Positions 19,603 through 30,465 of a DNA stretch of 64,000 nt are shown here, piece after piece. This DNA is from Candidatus Latescibacterota bacterium (lineage in GTDB: Bacteria > Latescibacterota > UBA2968 > GCA-2709665), in NCBI GenBank assembly GCA_965226795.1, contig CBDDDZ010000004.1, forward strand, positions 160,001 to 224,000. The letters are read 5' to 3'. Under the pieces are notes generated by a model. It searched no databases and was not told the origin of the DNA. It saw only the letters and a program-made list of their open reading frames with translations. Position 1 is the stretch's first letter. Every line of letters begins with the position of its first letter. The translations under genes were made by a program, and so were the position numbers.

Positions 19603-21312
19603 ATGGACATACCGATTCACGACGTGCTTCTTGTAGGGGGCGGCGCGGCGGGCTTGCGTGCCGCCATCGCGACGGCGGAAATCGATTCCAGTCTGAACGT
19701 TGCCGTCGTCTCCAAAGTCTACCCCATGCGCAGCCACACCGTCTCGGCCGAGGGCGGGGCGGCGGCCGTCATGCGCGAATACGACAATCTGGATCTCCAT
19801 TCCTTCGACACAATCAGAGGCAGCGATTACCTTGCCGACCAGGACGTCGTCGAAGCCTTTGTAAAGGAAGCACAGGACGAAGCCATACAACTGGAACACT
19901 GGGGCTGCCCCTGGAGTCGAGATGCGGACGGTCGCCTCAGCGTGCGTGCTTTTGGCGGCATGAGCGTAAAGCGCACGCTCTTCGCTGCCGACAAAACCGG
20001 CTTCCACATGTTGCACGCCCTGTTTCAGACCTCCCTGAAATACGACGCGATTACCCGTTACGACGAGTGGTTTGTCACATCCCTTCTTGTAGACGACGGA
20101 AGCGTCTGCGGCGTAGCCGCCCTGAACATGCGCTCGGGGGCCATCCACGCCATTGGCGCGAAATCCGTTATCATCTGCACCGGCGGGGGCGGCAAGATCT
20201 TTCCGTTTACCACCAATGCCGCCATCAAGAACGGTGACGGTATGGCCCTGGCATACCGCATCGGGTGTCCATTGAAAGACATGGAGTTCGTCCAGTACCA
20301 TCCCACCGGCCTGCCCGGTACGGGCATACTGATGACGGAAGCATCGCGAGGGGAAGGTGGCTATCTGATCAATAACAAGGGCGAACGCTATCTGAGCGAA
20401 TACATTCCCGGCAAAATGGAACTGGGCCCGCGCGATATCCTGTCCCGCGCTTTTGTATATGAAATGCGATCGGGCAGGGCCTTCGACGGACCCTATGGCA
20501 ACTACGTACATCTGGATCTCAGACACCTGGGCGAGAAAGTCATCAACGAAAAGCTGCCTTTTGTCAGGGAACTCACCAGGAACTACGTCGGCCTCGATCC
20601 GGTCCGGGATCCCATTCCCGTCCGTCCCGTCGTCCACTACATGATGGGTGGCATCCATACGGATATAAATGGCGCAACGCCCGTTCGGGGCCTTTACGCC
20701 GCCGGCGAAGCCGCCTGCGTCAGTCTCAACGGCGCCAATCGCCTGGGCTCCAATTCTCTTACGGAATGCCTTGTGTTTGGCGCCCGCGCGGGTAAAGTCG
20801 CTGCGGACTACGCCAGCGGACAGGAAGCCCCCAGGCCGGACACGCTCGATAACCTTACCCGAGACGAGCGGCGGCGCATCGAACGGACATACCTGCAGCC
20901 ACGCAACGGCAAGGAACGCGTCGTGGCCATTCGTACCGAGATGCAGCTGGCAATGGAACGCGGCGCCGGTATCTTCCGCGATGAAGAAACATTGAAAGAA
21001 ACCTGCGAAGTCCTGAGGCAACTCCAGGAACGCTTCCGAAACGTGGGCCTGGATGACACCTCGAGAGTATTCAACACCGAACTCACCGCGGCGCTGGAAC
21101 TGGGGTTCATGCTGGATGCGGCTGAAACGCTGGCCCATGCCGCCCTGCAACGCAAGGAATCCCGGGGCTCTCACTCCCGCACGGACTTCGAAACCCGAGA
21201 CGATGAGCGTTTTCTAAAACACTCGCTGACCTACAAGACGGAAGCTGGTCCGCACACCGACTACCTTCCCGTGACGATCACCCGCTGGCAGCCCGAAGAA
21301 CGCAAATACTGA
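19603..21312 (+). CDS. frdA: fumarate reductase / succinate dehydrogenase flavoprotein subunit
   Basis: [16 protein letters not shown] (covalent-FAD His), [30 protein letters not shown]. Confidence 0.95.
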   Translation: MDIPIHDVLLVGGGAAGLRAAIATAEIDSSLNVAVVSKVYPMRSHTVSAEGGAAAVMREYDNLDLHSFDTIRGSDYLADQDVVEAFVKEAQDEAIQLEHWGCPWSRDADGRLSVRAFGGMSVKRTLFAADKTGFHMLHALFQTSLKYDAITRYDEWFVTSLLVDDGSVCGVAALNMRSGAIHAIGAKSVIICTGGGGKIFPFTTNAAIKNGDGMALAYRIGCPLKDMEFVQYHPTGLPGTGILMTEASRGEGGYLINNKGERYLSEYIPGKMELGPRDILSRAFVYEMRSGRAFDGPYGNYVHLDLRHLGEKVINEKLPFVRELTRNYVGLDPVRDPIPVRPVVHYMMGGIHTDINGATPVRGLYAAGEAACVSLNGANRLGSNSLTECLVFGARAGKVAADYASGQEAPRPDTLDNLTRDERRRIERTYLQPRNGKERVVAIRTEMQLAMERGAGIFRDEETLKETCEVLRQLQERFRNVGLDDTSRVFNTELTAALELGFMLDAAETLAHAALQRKESRGSHSRTDFETRDDERFLKHSLTYKTEAGPHTDYLPVTITRWQPEERKY

Positions 21313-21375
21313 AACCAGGATTCAAGAGCGTGAAATCCGATGCCCGGATTTCGAATCCTCCGCAAGGGGAATTTC

Positions 21376-22125
21376 ATGAGTAATGGCAGGAAGATCACCA
21401 TAACCGTTACACGCTACCGTCCCGAGCAGGAAGAAGAGCCCGTCGAACAGTCTTACGAAATCGAATTTCAGGAAGACTGGGTGGTACTGGATGCGCTCAA
21501 TTATATAAAAGATCATATTGACGGATCGCTCTCCTTCCGCTGGTCATGCCGGATGGGTGTTTGCGGAAGTTGCGGTATGATGGTCAACGGTGAGCCCAAG
21601 CTCTCTTGCGCCGCCTTTGTGCGCGATTATTACCCGGGTGAAGTCCGTGTGGAACCTCTGCACAACTTTCCCATCGTCCGGGACCTGATTATCGACATGA
21701 CCGATTTCATGGATAAACTCAAGGCGGTGCAGCCCTGGATCATCCGGGACGAAGAAAAGCCCATATCGGAGGGGGAATACCTGCAGACGCCCGACGAACT
21801 GAAGGAATACAAGCAGTTCAGTATGTGCATCAATTGTATGCTCTGCTATGCCGCCTGTCCCGTATATGGGCTTGAAACCGAGTTCATCGGCCCTGCCGCT
21901 ATTGCCCTGGGGCATCGGTACAACCTGGACTCCCGCGACGAGGGCCAGGAACGGCGTCAACACGTGATTGCAAGCAGCGAAGGTATCTGGGAATGTACCT
22001 ATATTGGTGAGTGCTCCGTGGTCTGTCCCAAAGACGTGGATCCCGCAGCTGCCATCCAGCGGAATAAGGTGGCCACGACGGGCGGCTGGTTCAAATCCGT
22101 ACTCCTGCCCTGGGGGAAGAAGTGA
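21376..22125 (+). CDS. frdB: fumarate reductase iron-sulfur subunit
   Basis: [38 protein letters not shown]. Confidence 0.95.
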   Translation: MSNGRKITITVTRYRPEQEEEPVEQSYEIEFQEDWVVLDALNYIKDHIDGSLSFRWSCRMGVCGSCGMMVNGEPKLSCAAFVRDYYPGEVRVEPLHNFPIVRDLIIDMTDFMDKLKAVQPWIIRDEEKPISEGEYLQTPDELKEYKQFSMCINCMLCYAACPVYGLETEFIGPAAIALGHRYNLDSRDEGQERRQHVIASSEGIWECTYIGECSVVCPKDVDPAAAIQRNKVATTGGWFKSVLLPWGKK

Positions 22126-22126
22126 G

Positions 22127-22537
22127 ATGATGCGCAAGAACAAAACCGAACACAAGGCCTATGTGCGTCCTGTACCTGTCACATGGTGGTTGCATAACCG
22201 CCGGTACTTCCTGTTCATGATCAGGGAATCAACCAGTGTGTTCATCGGCCTGTTTGTCGCGCTATATCTGTACCAGCTATTCCTGATCTCCAAAGGCGCG
22301 GAGGTTCACAATCTGTTTCAGGAATCGCTCCGATCCGTACCTTTTGTCGTTTTTTACGCCATTGTCCTGCTGTTCGCGCTTTACCACAGCATCACATGGT
22401 TGGGTCTGGTCTCCAAGATCCAGATCGTTCGGGTTGGCCGCCTGACGGTACCGCCCTTTCTCGTGGGAATGGGCGCCTATCTTTCGTGGATTGTCGCATC
22501 GGCCGTCATTGCCTACCTGTTTCTGACATTGAAGTAG
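22127..22537 (+). CDS. frdC: fumarate reductase membrane anchor subunit C
   Basis: YVRPVPVTWW...FMIRESTS...LYHSITW, three TM helices, E. coli FrdC-like. Confidence 0.88.
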   Translation: MMRKNKTEHKAYVRPVPVTWWLHNRRYFLFMIRESTSVFIGLFVALYLYQLFLISKGAEVHNLFQESLRSVPFVVFYAIVLLFALYHSITWLGLVSKIQIVRVGRLTVPPFLVGMGAYLSWIVASAVIAYLFLTLK

Positions 22538-22546
22538 GGGGAATCC

Positions 22547-22903
22547 GTGTACAAAGAAGATAGATCCGAACCCTTCTGGTGGGGTATGTTCTCCCTCGGC
22601 GGCGTGGTTGCCGCACTGCTGATACCCGTCCACATCTTATTCGTCGGCCTTGCCGTACCGCTCGGCCTGATTGACAAGAGCCTGCTCGAATACAGCCGGA
22701 TGAAATCCCTGTTTGCGAATCCCCTGGTCAAAGTCTACCTCTTCGCTCTCTTGGCCCTTCCGCTTTTTCACGCCGCCCACCGCGTTCGTTTCTCGCTCCA
22801 CGAAATGGGCATCCGGAAATTGTTGCTCCCACTGGATATCCTTTGTTATGGCGGCGCCCTCCTCGGTACGGCGGTTACACTGTACGTTCTGTGGGTTATT
22901 TGA
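22547..22903 (+). CDS. frdD: fumarate reductase membrane anchor subunit D
   Basis: RSEPFWWGMFSLGG...PLFHAAHRVR...CYG, FrdD-like. Confidence 0.9.
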   Translation: MYKEDRSEPFWWGMFSLGGVVAALLIPVHILFVGLAVPLGLIDKSLLEYSRMKSLFANPLVKVYLFALLALPLFHAAHRVRFSLHEMGIRKLLLPLDILCYGGALLGTAVTLYVLWVI

Positions 22904-22972
22904 GGCTCCGTTTAAATACAACCTGATCTTCCAGGCCGGGTAATCCGGACGCATCGAATATCGGGATCGCCT

Positions 22973-24295
22973 ATGAAACCGACATCGTTCAACCCGTCAA
23001 CGGCCGCCGTATGGAAGGTGCTGCTCTGGTGCAACGTCCTTTCGGTCCTGTCGCCAACTACCCATGCGGCGGGTAACGCTCCGGAGAGCGTCTACCGGCA
23101 AGTGGGCCCTTCCGTTGTCGTATTTGATGTTGAAAGAAGAGACGGTTCCCGGGTACGGGGAATGGGCTTTCTCGCCATCGACAACCGAATTGCGGTTACT
23201 ACCTGGGATCTTGTCGACGACGCGATACATGTTGTCGCCAGATTCGAATCCGGCGAGGAGTTCGGGGTTTCGGGCCTGATCGACAAAGACGAAAAACGAA
23301 ACGTGGCGCTTGTCCGGGTCAAAGTCTTTGGCAGGCCGCTGCTTGAACTGGACGCCCGGGATCCGGTCGAGGTCAAAAAGGCCTATATTGTCGAGGCGGT
23401 CGAGGGGGAAGCATTCAGGCTCGTCGACGGCAGGATGAATCCGTTCGAAGTGGTCGACGGGGTGCGTGTCTATCCCATGGGCGCCGCCCTATCCATTGGC
23501 AGCGGCGGAGGACCGCTGGTTGACGAATCCGGTCGCGTCATCGGCATCGTATCGATTCAATCACGCGAAGGTCGAGTTTCAGGCCGTGCCATCCCGTCTG
23601 TATATGCCCTGGGCCTCGATCACACGTTGCCCACCCGGCCGTGGCAGGAGACCCTGGCGCTCCCGGCCCGCCCCGTATCGGCGGAGCCCGAGCCCGCCGC
23701 CGCGCCGCAACCGGACCCGCGCGCCATCCGGTTTCGCTTCTACCGCGCCCACGAACAGCGTTTCAGCGATGTCAACCGCAATCTGTGGACCGGGTCCATT
23801 CTTTGGTGGGTGGACAATATCAAAAAAAAATGCGGCGGCAACCCAACCATTGGCGCTACAGAAGACATGGGCGTTGACGCCGTTGCGATTCCCTCTTCGA
23901 AAGCGCGATTCACAACCCGGACTACGGGTTGGAAATCCTGGGTCCTGGGTATAGACAGTTTGAAGACGTATATCGCCAAGACCGAACGTAACCGGGACTT
24001 TCACATCGGCGTTTTTGAGGAAGTCAGGCAAAAACCCTCGCCGGAGGAGAAGTCGATCGCGGTTGCGGGGGTCCACGCCCCTCCCCACGTCCTGGCGCTT
24101 TATTTCAAAGCCACCCGGATCAAGGAAGATGAACGCGCTCACTTTATCGGCTATCTCTTTGGCCTGGACAGCAGCGACGGCGGGGTCATGTCCGAAAGAT
24201 ATCCCCGCGGTCCCGGCTCGCCCCCAACCTACGGCAACATGACCGAATGGCCGGCCCACTGGTGCCGGAAAATCGCGGGACATCTCGATCAATAG
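22973..24295 (+). CDS. exported trypsin-like (S1C) domain protein with unknown C-terminal domain, probably inactive
   Basis: Signal peptide, PSVV...GMGF, GSGGGPLVDESGRVIGI; Pro/Ala linker then a ~190-aa domain. Confidence 0.75.
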   Translation: MKPTSFNPSTAAVWKVLLWCNVLSVLSPTTHAAGNAPESVYRQVGPSVVVFDVERRDGSRVRGMGFLAIDNRIAVTTWDLVDDAIHVVARFESGEEFGVSGLIDKDEKRNVALVRVKVFGRPLLELDARDPVEVKKAYIVEAVEGEAFRLVDGRMNPFEVVDGVRVYPMGAALSIGSGGGPLVDESGRVIGIVSIQSREGRVSGRAIPSVYALGLDHTLPTRPWQETLALPARPVSAEPEPAAAPQPDPRAIRFRFYRAHEQRFSDVNRNLWTGSILWWVDNIKKKCGGNPTIGATEDMGVDAVAIPSSKARFTTRTTGWKSWVLGIDSLKTYIAKTERNRDFHIGVFEEVRQKPSPEEKSIAVAGVHAPPHVLALYFKATRIKEDERAHFIGYLFGLDSSDGGVMSERYPRGPGSPPTYGNMTEWPAHWCRKIAGHLDQ

Positions 24296-24314
24296 TCCTC
24301 GTATTCATGAAAAC

Positions 24315-24351
24315 AAGAAGAGCCCGGCAGAATTCCTGCCGGGCTCTTCTT
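24315..24351. terminator. bidirectional intrinsic terminator
   Basis: Perfect AAGAAGAGCCCGGCAG / CTGCCGGGCTCTTCTT stem between convergent genes. Confidence 0.8.
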
Positions 24352-24410
24352 ATAAACTCAAACTGCCATTCGATAGCGATGGATGAAGTGGACACTACAT
24401 CCGTTCGCCG

Positions 24411-25805
24411 TTACCCGCCTGGCCCCGTCATCCTCTCCGGCCGGACCGCGGCATCGAACGCCTCCCCGTTCATCATTCCGAGCACCACCACCGATTCCCG
24501 AAGCGTCAGATTTTCGTCGAACGCTTTCTTGGCAACCTTTGCCGCGTTGTCGTATCCAATCTGAGGGTTCAGCGCCGTGACAAGCATGAGCGATCGCTCC
24601 AGGTGACTCTGGATATTCTCCCGGTTCGGTTCAATGCCCACCGCGCAGTGATCGTTGAACGACTCGCAGGCATCGGCCAGCAGCCGGACCGACTGCAGCA
24701 AATTGTAGACGATCAGCGGTTTGAACACGTTCAGTTCGAAATTCCCCGAGGAACCGCCCACCGCAATCGCCATATCGTTCCCGATCACCTGTGCGGCCAC
24801 CATCGTCATCGCTTCGCACTGGGTGGGGTTCACCTTGCCGGGCATAATTGAACTGCCCGGCTCGTTGGCGGGGAGCGTCAGCTCGCCAATACCGCAGCGC
24901 GGCCCCGAAGCCAGCCAACGAGTGTCGTTGGCTATTTTCATCAGCGAGCACGCCAACGTTTTCAGAGCGCCACTGGTTTCCACCATTGCGTCGTGCGCCG
25001 CCAGGGACTCGAACTTGTTGGCGGCCGAAACAAACGGATGGCCGGCCAGTTCGGAAATCCGCGCGGCAGCCCGGTCGGCAAATTCCGGATGCGTATTCAG
25101 CCCGGTTCCAACGGCCGTGCCGCCGAGCGCGAGTTCATAGAGGTTCGACAGGCATCGCTCTACACGCTCCAGGCCCTTCGTCAATTGAGTTACGTACCCC
25201 GAAAACTCCTGGCCCAGCGTCAGTGGAACGGCGTCCATCAGATGGGTGCGTCCAATCTTGATGATATCCTCAAAATCGTCCGTTTTACCGGCCAGCGTAT
25301 CCCGCAGCTTTCCGACCATTGGAATCAACCGCCTGTGAATCTCGCTAACGGCTGCAATATGCATTGCTGCGGGAAACGTGTCGTTTGAAGACTGCGCCAT
25401 ATTGACATGGTCGTTCGGATGAATCGGATCTTTGCTGCCCATCCGTCCGCCGGAAATCTGAATCGCCCGGTTGGATATCACTTCGTTGGCGTTCATATTC
25501 GTCTGCGTGCCGCTTCCCGTCTGCCAGATCCGCAACGGAAAATGGTCGTTCAGCTTACCCTCGATGACTTCGTCGGCCGCCTGTACGATAAGATCGGCCT
25601 TTTCCGACGACAGCTTTCCCAGTTCCCGATTCACATGCGCGGCCCCTTTTTTCAGGATGCCAAACGCTCTGATCAACTCCCGGGGCATGCGTTCTTCGCC
25701 AATATCAAAATGAATCAGCGCCCGGGCGGTCTGAGCGCCGTAATACCGGTCGTCCGGAACCTGAATCTCTCCCATACTGTCCGTTTCGATCCTGTATCCC
25801 TCCAT
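24411..25805 (-). CDS. fumC: class II fumarate hydratase
   Basis: [40 protein letters not shown] signature. Confidence 0.96.
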   Translation of the reverse strand: MEGYRIETDSMGEIQVPDDRYYGAQTARALIHFDIGEERMPRELIRAFGILKKGAAHVNRELGKLSSEKADLIVQAADEVIEGKLNDHFPLRIWQTGSGTQTNMNANEVISNRAIQISGGRMGSKDPIHPNDHVNMAQSSNDTFPAAMHIAAVSEIHRRLIPMVGKLRDTLAGKTDDFEDIIKIGRTHLMDAVPLTLGQEFSGYVTQLTKGLERVERCLSNLYELALGGTAVGTGLNTHPEFADRAAARISELAGHPFVSAANKFESLAAHDAMVETSGALKTLACSLMKIANDTRWLASGPRCGIGELTLPANEPGSSIMPGKVNPTQCEAMTMVAAQVIGNDMAIAVGGSSGNFELNVFKPLIVYNLLQSVRLLADACESFNDHCAVGIEPNRENIQSHLERSLMLVTALNPQIGYDNAAKVAKKAFDENLTLRESVVVLGMMNGEAFDAAVRPERMTGPGG

Positions 25806-25904
25806 CTCTCCTTCTCCTCTCAGATAGCGCGTGGGTGCGAGTTTAGGCGTTGCCGGGCGTTTCAGGATACAAAAACAGAACGTCTCCGGCAACCACATCC
25901 GGTA

Positions 25905-25992
25905 ATTTACGTGCCATCATCAATAAACATAATGGTATATATTATTTTCTTGCTTTTAAAATTAATATTCCTTATCTTCAAAACTTACTTTA
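25905..25992. promoter_or_regulatory. AT-rich divergent control region, probable LysR operator
   Basis: Strikingly AT-rich tract between fumC and a divergent LysR gene, with T-N11-A-type dyads such as ATTAATATTCCTTAT. Confidence 0.45.
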
Positions 25993-26109
25993 GCGCCGCA
26001 CCTGGCGAGGTGCACCACACCGCGAAATCACGTCTGTCGGCTTCTCGTTCCGAAAAATACCTCAGCGGGAAGAAACGCCCGACAAAAATTGTCCGAAGGA
26101 GATGCCTGC

Positions 26110-27030
26110 GTGTTGATCCAGAGTCTGAAAATCTTCTGTGACCTCCTCGATACCCAGAGTTTTTCAAAGACGGCCGTCCTGAATGGCGTTACGCAGTCGG
26201 CTGTCAGCCAGCAGATTAAAAGTATTGAACATCGCCAGGGCAAACCGTTGCTGGAGCGCCATAAGCGCAAGATCGGCCTTACCAAAGAGGGAGAAGTATT
26301 CTACAAGGGCGCCGGCGACATTGTAAGGCGCTATGACGAGATGTTACAGCGCGTTGAGGCTCTGGACGGCGTCGTTTCAGGCACCGTTCGCCTTTCGGCC
26401 ATTTACAGCGTGGGCATGCGTGAACTCGGACCGTACCTCAAAACCTATCTCAAAGCATATCCCAAGGTCAACTTCCGGCTCGCCTACAACCACACCCCCC
26501 GAATCTACGACGACGTCGCCAGCGGCGAGATCGACTTCGGCGTGGTCGCCTTCCCCAGACCCCACCGCAATATTAAGATAATCCCTTACTCTGAAGACAA
26601 TATGGTGGTGGCATGCCCGCCCACGAATCCGCTTGCAGCGCGAAATCACATAACCGTTAGCGACATCGGCGATCATCCGCTGATTCTCTTCTCCCAGGAA
26701 ACCCACACCCGCCATGCGCTCGACCAATTCTTTCGCAAACATCGCATCCAACCCAACATTGTCATGGAATTCGATCATATCGATACCATAAAGGATGCCG
26801 TCGAAGTGGACCTCGGCATCTCGATCCTTCCAGAACACTCGGTTGACCTGGAACACAAGGAAGGCAGCTTGAAAGTGCTGACCATCGAGGACGACGTTCT
26901 CACCAGGCCCCTGGGCATCCTGCAAAAACGCGGACGCAGCCTTTCCGTAGCCGCCCGAAAACTCCTCGACGTGCTCACCAGCGGAAAGCCCGAGCCGGCG
27001 AGTCGTCTTAGTCGCTCAACGCCGGATTAG
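26110..27030 (+). CDS. LysR family transcriptional regulator
   Basis: SFSKTA...TQSAVSQQIK..E...G..LLER HTH; AAGGAG RBS before GTG. Confidence 0.93.
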   Translation: MLIQSLKIFCDLLDTQSFSKTAVLNGVTQSAVSQQIKSIEHRQGKPLLERHKRKIGLTKEGEVFYKGAGDIVRRYDEMLQRVEALDGVVSGTVRLSAIYSVGMRELGPYLKTYLKAYPKVNFRLAYNHTPRIYDDVASGEIDFGVVAFPRPHRNIKIIPYSEDNMVVACPPTNPLAARNHITVSDIGDHPLILFSQETHTRHALDQFFRKHRIQPNIVMEFDHIDTIKDAVEVDLGISILPEHSVDLEHKEGSLKVLTIEDDVLTRPLGILQKRGRSLSVAARKLLDVLTSGKPEPASRLSRSTPD

Positions 27031-27152
27031 CCTCAGATTTCTGCGGGAGGCCATCAAACGCGCCCGGATAATCGGGTCGATTACTGCTTTTCCGTCCCGA
27101 AAACAATGACCATACGCGGCCGTTCTGCCGGATCGAAGGACGTTTCGAATCG

Positions 27153-27857
27153 TCATTCTTCACGGCTATTGCCGGCAACCATCTCTCGAATCAGGAATCG
27201 AAGAAAACGGACTCCCGTGCGGAAAGAAAGCGCCTTCGATTCCCCTCCTACCCGGTTTCCCTCCCACGTTGGAATCTCCTCGATTCGCATCCGTTGTTTC
27301 ATCGCCCGGATCGTCATCTCGTATTCGATCGTATACCCCATCGATCCGGGATTGAGCTTCAGAAATGCTCCCCGCGTAATTCCTCGAAATCCGTTGATTG
27401 TATCCGTCACGTACGATCCGCGGTTCCAGAGTTGGTTGGCGATCCGCGTAAAAATCTGATTCGTCCATTTTCTCAGCGGCAGAGAATCGTCGTCCTCCTC
27501 GTTACGGGAGCCCGCGAGGAACCGGGACGCAATCGCCATATCGGCGCCGTCTTCGATGGCAGCGAAAAGCCGGGGGATATCGTTCGGGTCTTCATTTCCG
27601 TCAGGGCTGAAGAAAACCAGGCCCTCTCCGCTCGATGCCCGAACGGCTGACCGAAACGCTTCGCCCCGCCCTGGTCGCTGCTGGTCGACCAGCCGAATGT
27701 GGTGGGATGCCAGAACCTCCCGGGTGCCATCCGTCGACCCGCCGTCGACGGCGAGCACTTCGCCGGCCATCCCAGACAGACTCGGCCCGGTTGAGAACAG
27801 CCAGCGAACGCCGTCGACCTCGTTAAGCGTCAGCAGAACAATGGTACGTGTGCCCAT
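27153..27857 (-). CDS. glycosyltransferase family 2 (DPM1-like)
   Basis: LNE, VDGGSTDGT, GRGEA, ASRF, TDTINGFR. Confidence 0.88.
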   Translation of the reverse strand: MGTRTIVLLTLNEVDGVRWLFSTGPSLSGMAGEVLAVDGGSTDGTREVLASHHIRLVDQQRPGRGEAFRSAVRASSGEGLVFFSPDGNEDPNDIPRLFAAIEDGADMAIASRFLAGSRNEEDDDSLPLRKWTNQIFTRIANQLWNRGSYVTDTINGFRGITRGAFLKLNPGSMGYTIEYEMTIRAMKQRMRIEEIPTWEGNRVGGESKALSFRTGVRFLRFLIREMVAGNSREE

Positions 27858-27882
27858 AGGGTACCCTGAACCCGGATCGCGG

Positions 27883-29091
27883 CTACGCCTGCCCGCCCCT
27901 GAAGAAACACCCGAATAGTTCCACGATACGATCCAGGTCGGTTAACGTAAGGTCCTGGTGGCAACCAATATAGAATCCACTTCTGTTGATCCACTTGGCA
28001 ACGGGATAGTCCGCCTCCCTGATACCCAGCAGGCGCTGGTAGAGAGGCTGATTGGTCAGCGGAAGCATCTCCCGCGTCTCAACCCGGTTCTGTTCCAGAA
28101 AATCCACGAATATGTCCTTTTTCCGGTCCCTCAGGACAATCGGATACATCATGAATGAATGTTCACATTCCGGACGAACCCGCGGAAGCTGCAGGACCGC
28201 TTCGTGTTCAGACAACCTCCGGGTCAGATAGGCGGCATTTTTCCGCCTGGTGGCGATCATGTCCGTCACGACCTCAATCTGCGCCAACCCCAAAGCGGCC
28301 TCCATCTCGGTTAATCGGAAACTATAGCCGAGACTCACGAAAGAAAATCGCCGGGCTACGATTCTTCGAAGCTCCTCCGGCGATTTCCGGTCGTCGTCGT
28401 CTATATTCAGGTACGTCGAATCCCGCCCATGGTTGATCAGCGATCTCAGCTTATTCGCATAATCGGGATGGTCGGTCGTATTCAGTCCGCCCACTCCCGT
28501 GGTCAGCAGATGCGCCGCATAGGTGGAAAAACACCCGATTTCGCCGAGACTTCCGACGCTCCGACCCTTGTATCCGGCGAACATGGTCTCGGCCGAATCT
28601 TCAATGACCTTAAGACCGTACCGCGCGGCAAGTTCGAGGATTGGATCCATGTCGCACGGCTGTCCGAATACATGGACGGGAATGATCGCCCTTGTACGGG
28701 ACGTGACCGCGGCCTCGATCTTTCCCGGGTCCAACTCGTAGTGGACAGGATCCACCTCCACCAGCACCGGACGCATCCTTCCGTGGAATACGATATTCGC
28801 CGTTCCAGCAAAGGTCACCGCGGGCAGGATGACTTCGTCCCCATCGGCCCACCCATGCAATTCCTTCAGCGCGACCAGGGCGACCAGCAGGGCGCTCGTC
28901 CCGCTGTTGCTCATCACACCGAACCGACAGTCGTGCACGCGGGCGAATTCGGCCTCGAACGCCTGCGTCTTGGGACCGTAAGACAGCCGGTTGCTATCCA
29001 GGACCTCGTTTACGAGCGCCCTGGCGCGGGGACTGATGTTCAACGTTCCGACGCCGATTGCCGGCGGCCGGATTTCACGATCTTCGGTCAC
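27883..29091 (-). CDS. DegT-family PLP enzyme with His in place of the catalytic Lys (ColD/E1-like 3-dehydratase candidate)
   Basis: SNSGTSAL, PVHVFG, IEDSAET, CFSTYAAHLLTTGVGG; start is approximate (GTG after GGAGG). Confidence 0.85.
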   Translation of the reverse strand: MTEDREIRPPAIGVGTLNISPRARALVNEVLDSNRLSYGPKTQAFEAEFARVHDCRFGVMSNSGTSALLVALVALKELHGWADGDEVILPAVTFAGTANIVFHGRMRPVLVEVDPVHYELDPGKIEAAVTSRTRAIIPVHVFGQPCDMDPILELAARYGLKVIEDSAETMFAGYKGRSVGSLGEIGCFSTYAAHLLTTGVGGLNTTDHPDYANKLRSLINHGRDSTYLNIDDDDRKSPEELRRIVARRFSFVSLGYSFRLTEMEAALGLAQIEVVTDMIATRRKNAAYLTRRLSEHEAVLQLPRVRPECEHSFMMYPIVLRDRKKDIFVDFLEQNRVETREMLPLTNQPLYQRLLGIREADYPVAKWINRSGFYIGCHQDLTLTDLDRIVELFGCFFRGGQA

Positions 29092-29141
29092 CTCGAACCC
29101 GCCTCCAAGTACCGGCCCGTCCATCGAAGATTTGCACGGCT

Positions 29142-30087
29142 TTACGCCCTGCGCGGCTGCTTCTCGTACCACGAAATCATGTGCCGAAGCCCCTCATCCA
29201 GGGATGTTGTGGCTTCAAATCCGAAATGCCGCTTCGCCCGTGTCACGTCCACGCATCGCCTCGGTTGTCCGTTCGGCCTGTTCGGATCCCAACGCACCTG
29301 GCCGACAAATCCCGCGATATGCTGAATTTTCACGGCGAGGGCCCGGATCGAGATCTCCTCTCCCGATCCCAGGTTTATCGGCTCTGACAGATCATATAAT
29401 TCCGAAGCGAGCAATATGCCCTCTGCCGCGTCCTCGACATACAGAAACTCACGGGTGGGGGAGCCGTCTCCCCAAAGGGTGACGTGGACGTGTCCCAGAT
29501 TCCGGGCATCCACGAACTTACGCACCATTGACGCGAGTCCATGGGATGTCTCCGGATCCAGGTTTTCTCCAGGCCCATATAGGTTCGACATCAGCAGATG
29601 AATCGCGTTGTAGCCGTATTCCGCGCGGTAGGCCTGGCTTTGTACGAGCATCATCTTTTTGGCCAGGCCATAGGGCGCGTTTGTCTGTTCCGGATAGCCG
29701 TCCCAGAGGTTCTCCTCCCTGAAGGGTACCGGCGTGGACATCGGATAGGCGCACACCGATCCGATACCCACGAATTTGGGCACCTCAAACCTGCGGGCCT
29801 GTTCGAGCAGGTGTGCGCCCATAACCAGATTATCATAAAAAAAACGGCCTGGATACCGCTGATTGGCGCCAATGCCGCCAACGGAACCGGCCAGGTGAAT
29901 GATCAGGTGAGGCCGCGCGATCTCGTACATGCGCCGAACGGCTTCCTGCTCCCGCAAGTCGTGGTCCCGGCTGCGCGGCGCGAATATCTGACGGCAACCC
30001 CGTTCGCGCAGCTTCCGCACCACAGACCGGCCCAGAAAACCGGCGCCGCCGGTAACCGCGGACCCGTTTGTCGGTCCAGAAACCCAT
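29142..30087 (-). pseudogene. fcl: GDP-L-fucose synthase / ColC-like epimerase-reductase with a +1 frameshift near the 5' end
   Basis: VGGIGAN, GSVCAYP, YGLAK, NLYGP, SH, WGDGSPTREFLYV; removing one base at ~30060 restores MGFWTDKRVAVTGGAGFLG. Confidence 0.85.
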
Positions 30088-30197
30088 TCGTCGGCCCTCC
30101 CGATCTTCCGTGTTTTGGAAAGGTATTGGGAATCGCGTTCAGAGTCAGGCCAGGGCAGGTTGACAGGGCGCAGGTTGAACCGATCGGAAGCCTACCA

Positions 30198-30433
30198 CGC
30201 TCCTGTAATTCACGCCGGATCTGTCGTTCGCGCAAAGCTGCCAACCTGTGCTCCGTATTCAGATGGCGCGAGCGCGCCAGAAGCGTCTCGAAAAGCTCCC
30301 ATTCCACGCCCCTGCCGTCCGTGCCGACCGTACGAACAAGCCGCCCTTCCCAGCCGTCGATTTCGCCCCGCGCATGAAGGGCTTCTCTGAGTTCTCCCGC
30401 CAGTCTATCCGCCCCGGCACGGTCGGATTTATT
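30198..30433. repeat. 236-bp direct duplicate of the meaB interior (source 30624-30856)
   Basis: Identical by eye to 30624-30856 apart from an extra ATT near 30301. Confidence 0.92.
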
Positions 30434-30465
30434 CCAGATCCTTTAACCGTCCTTTCATCGAAAGC

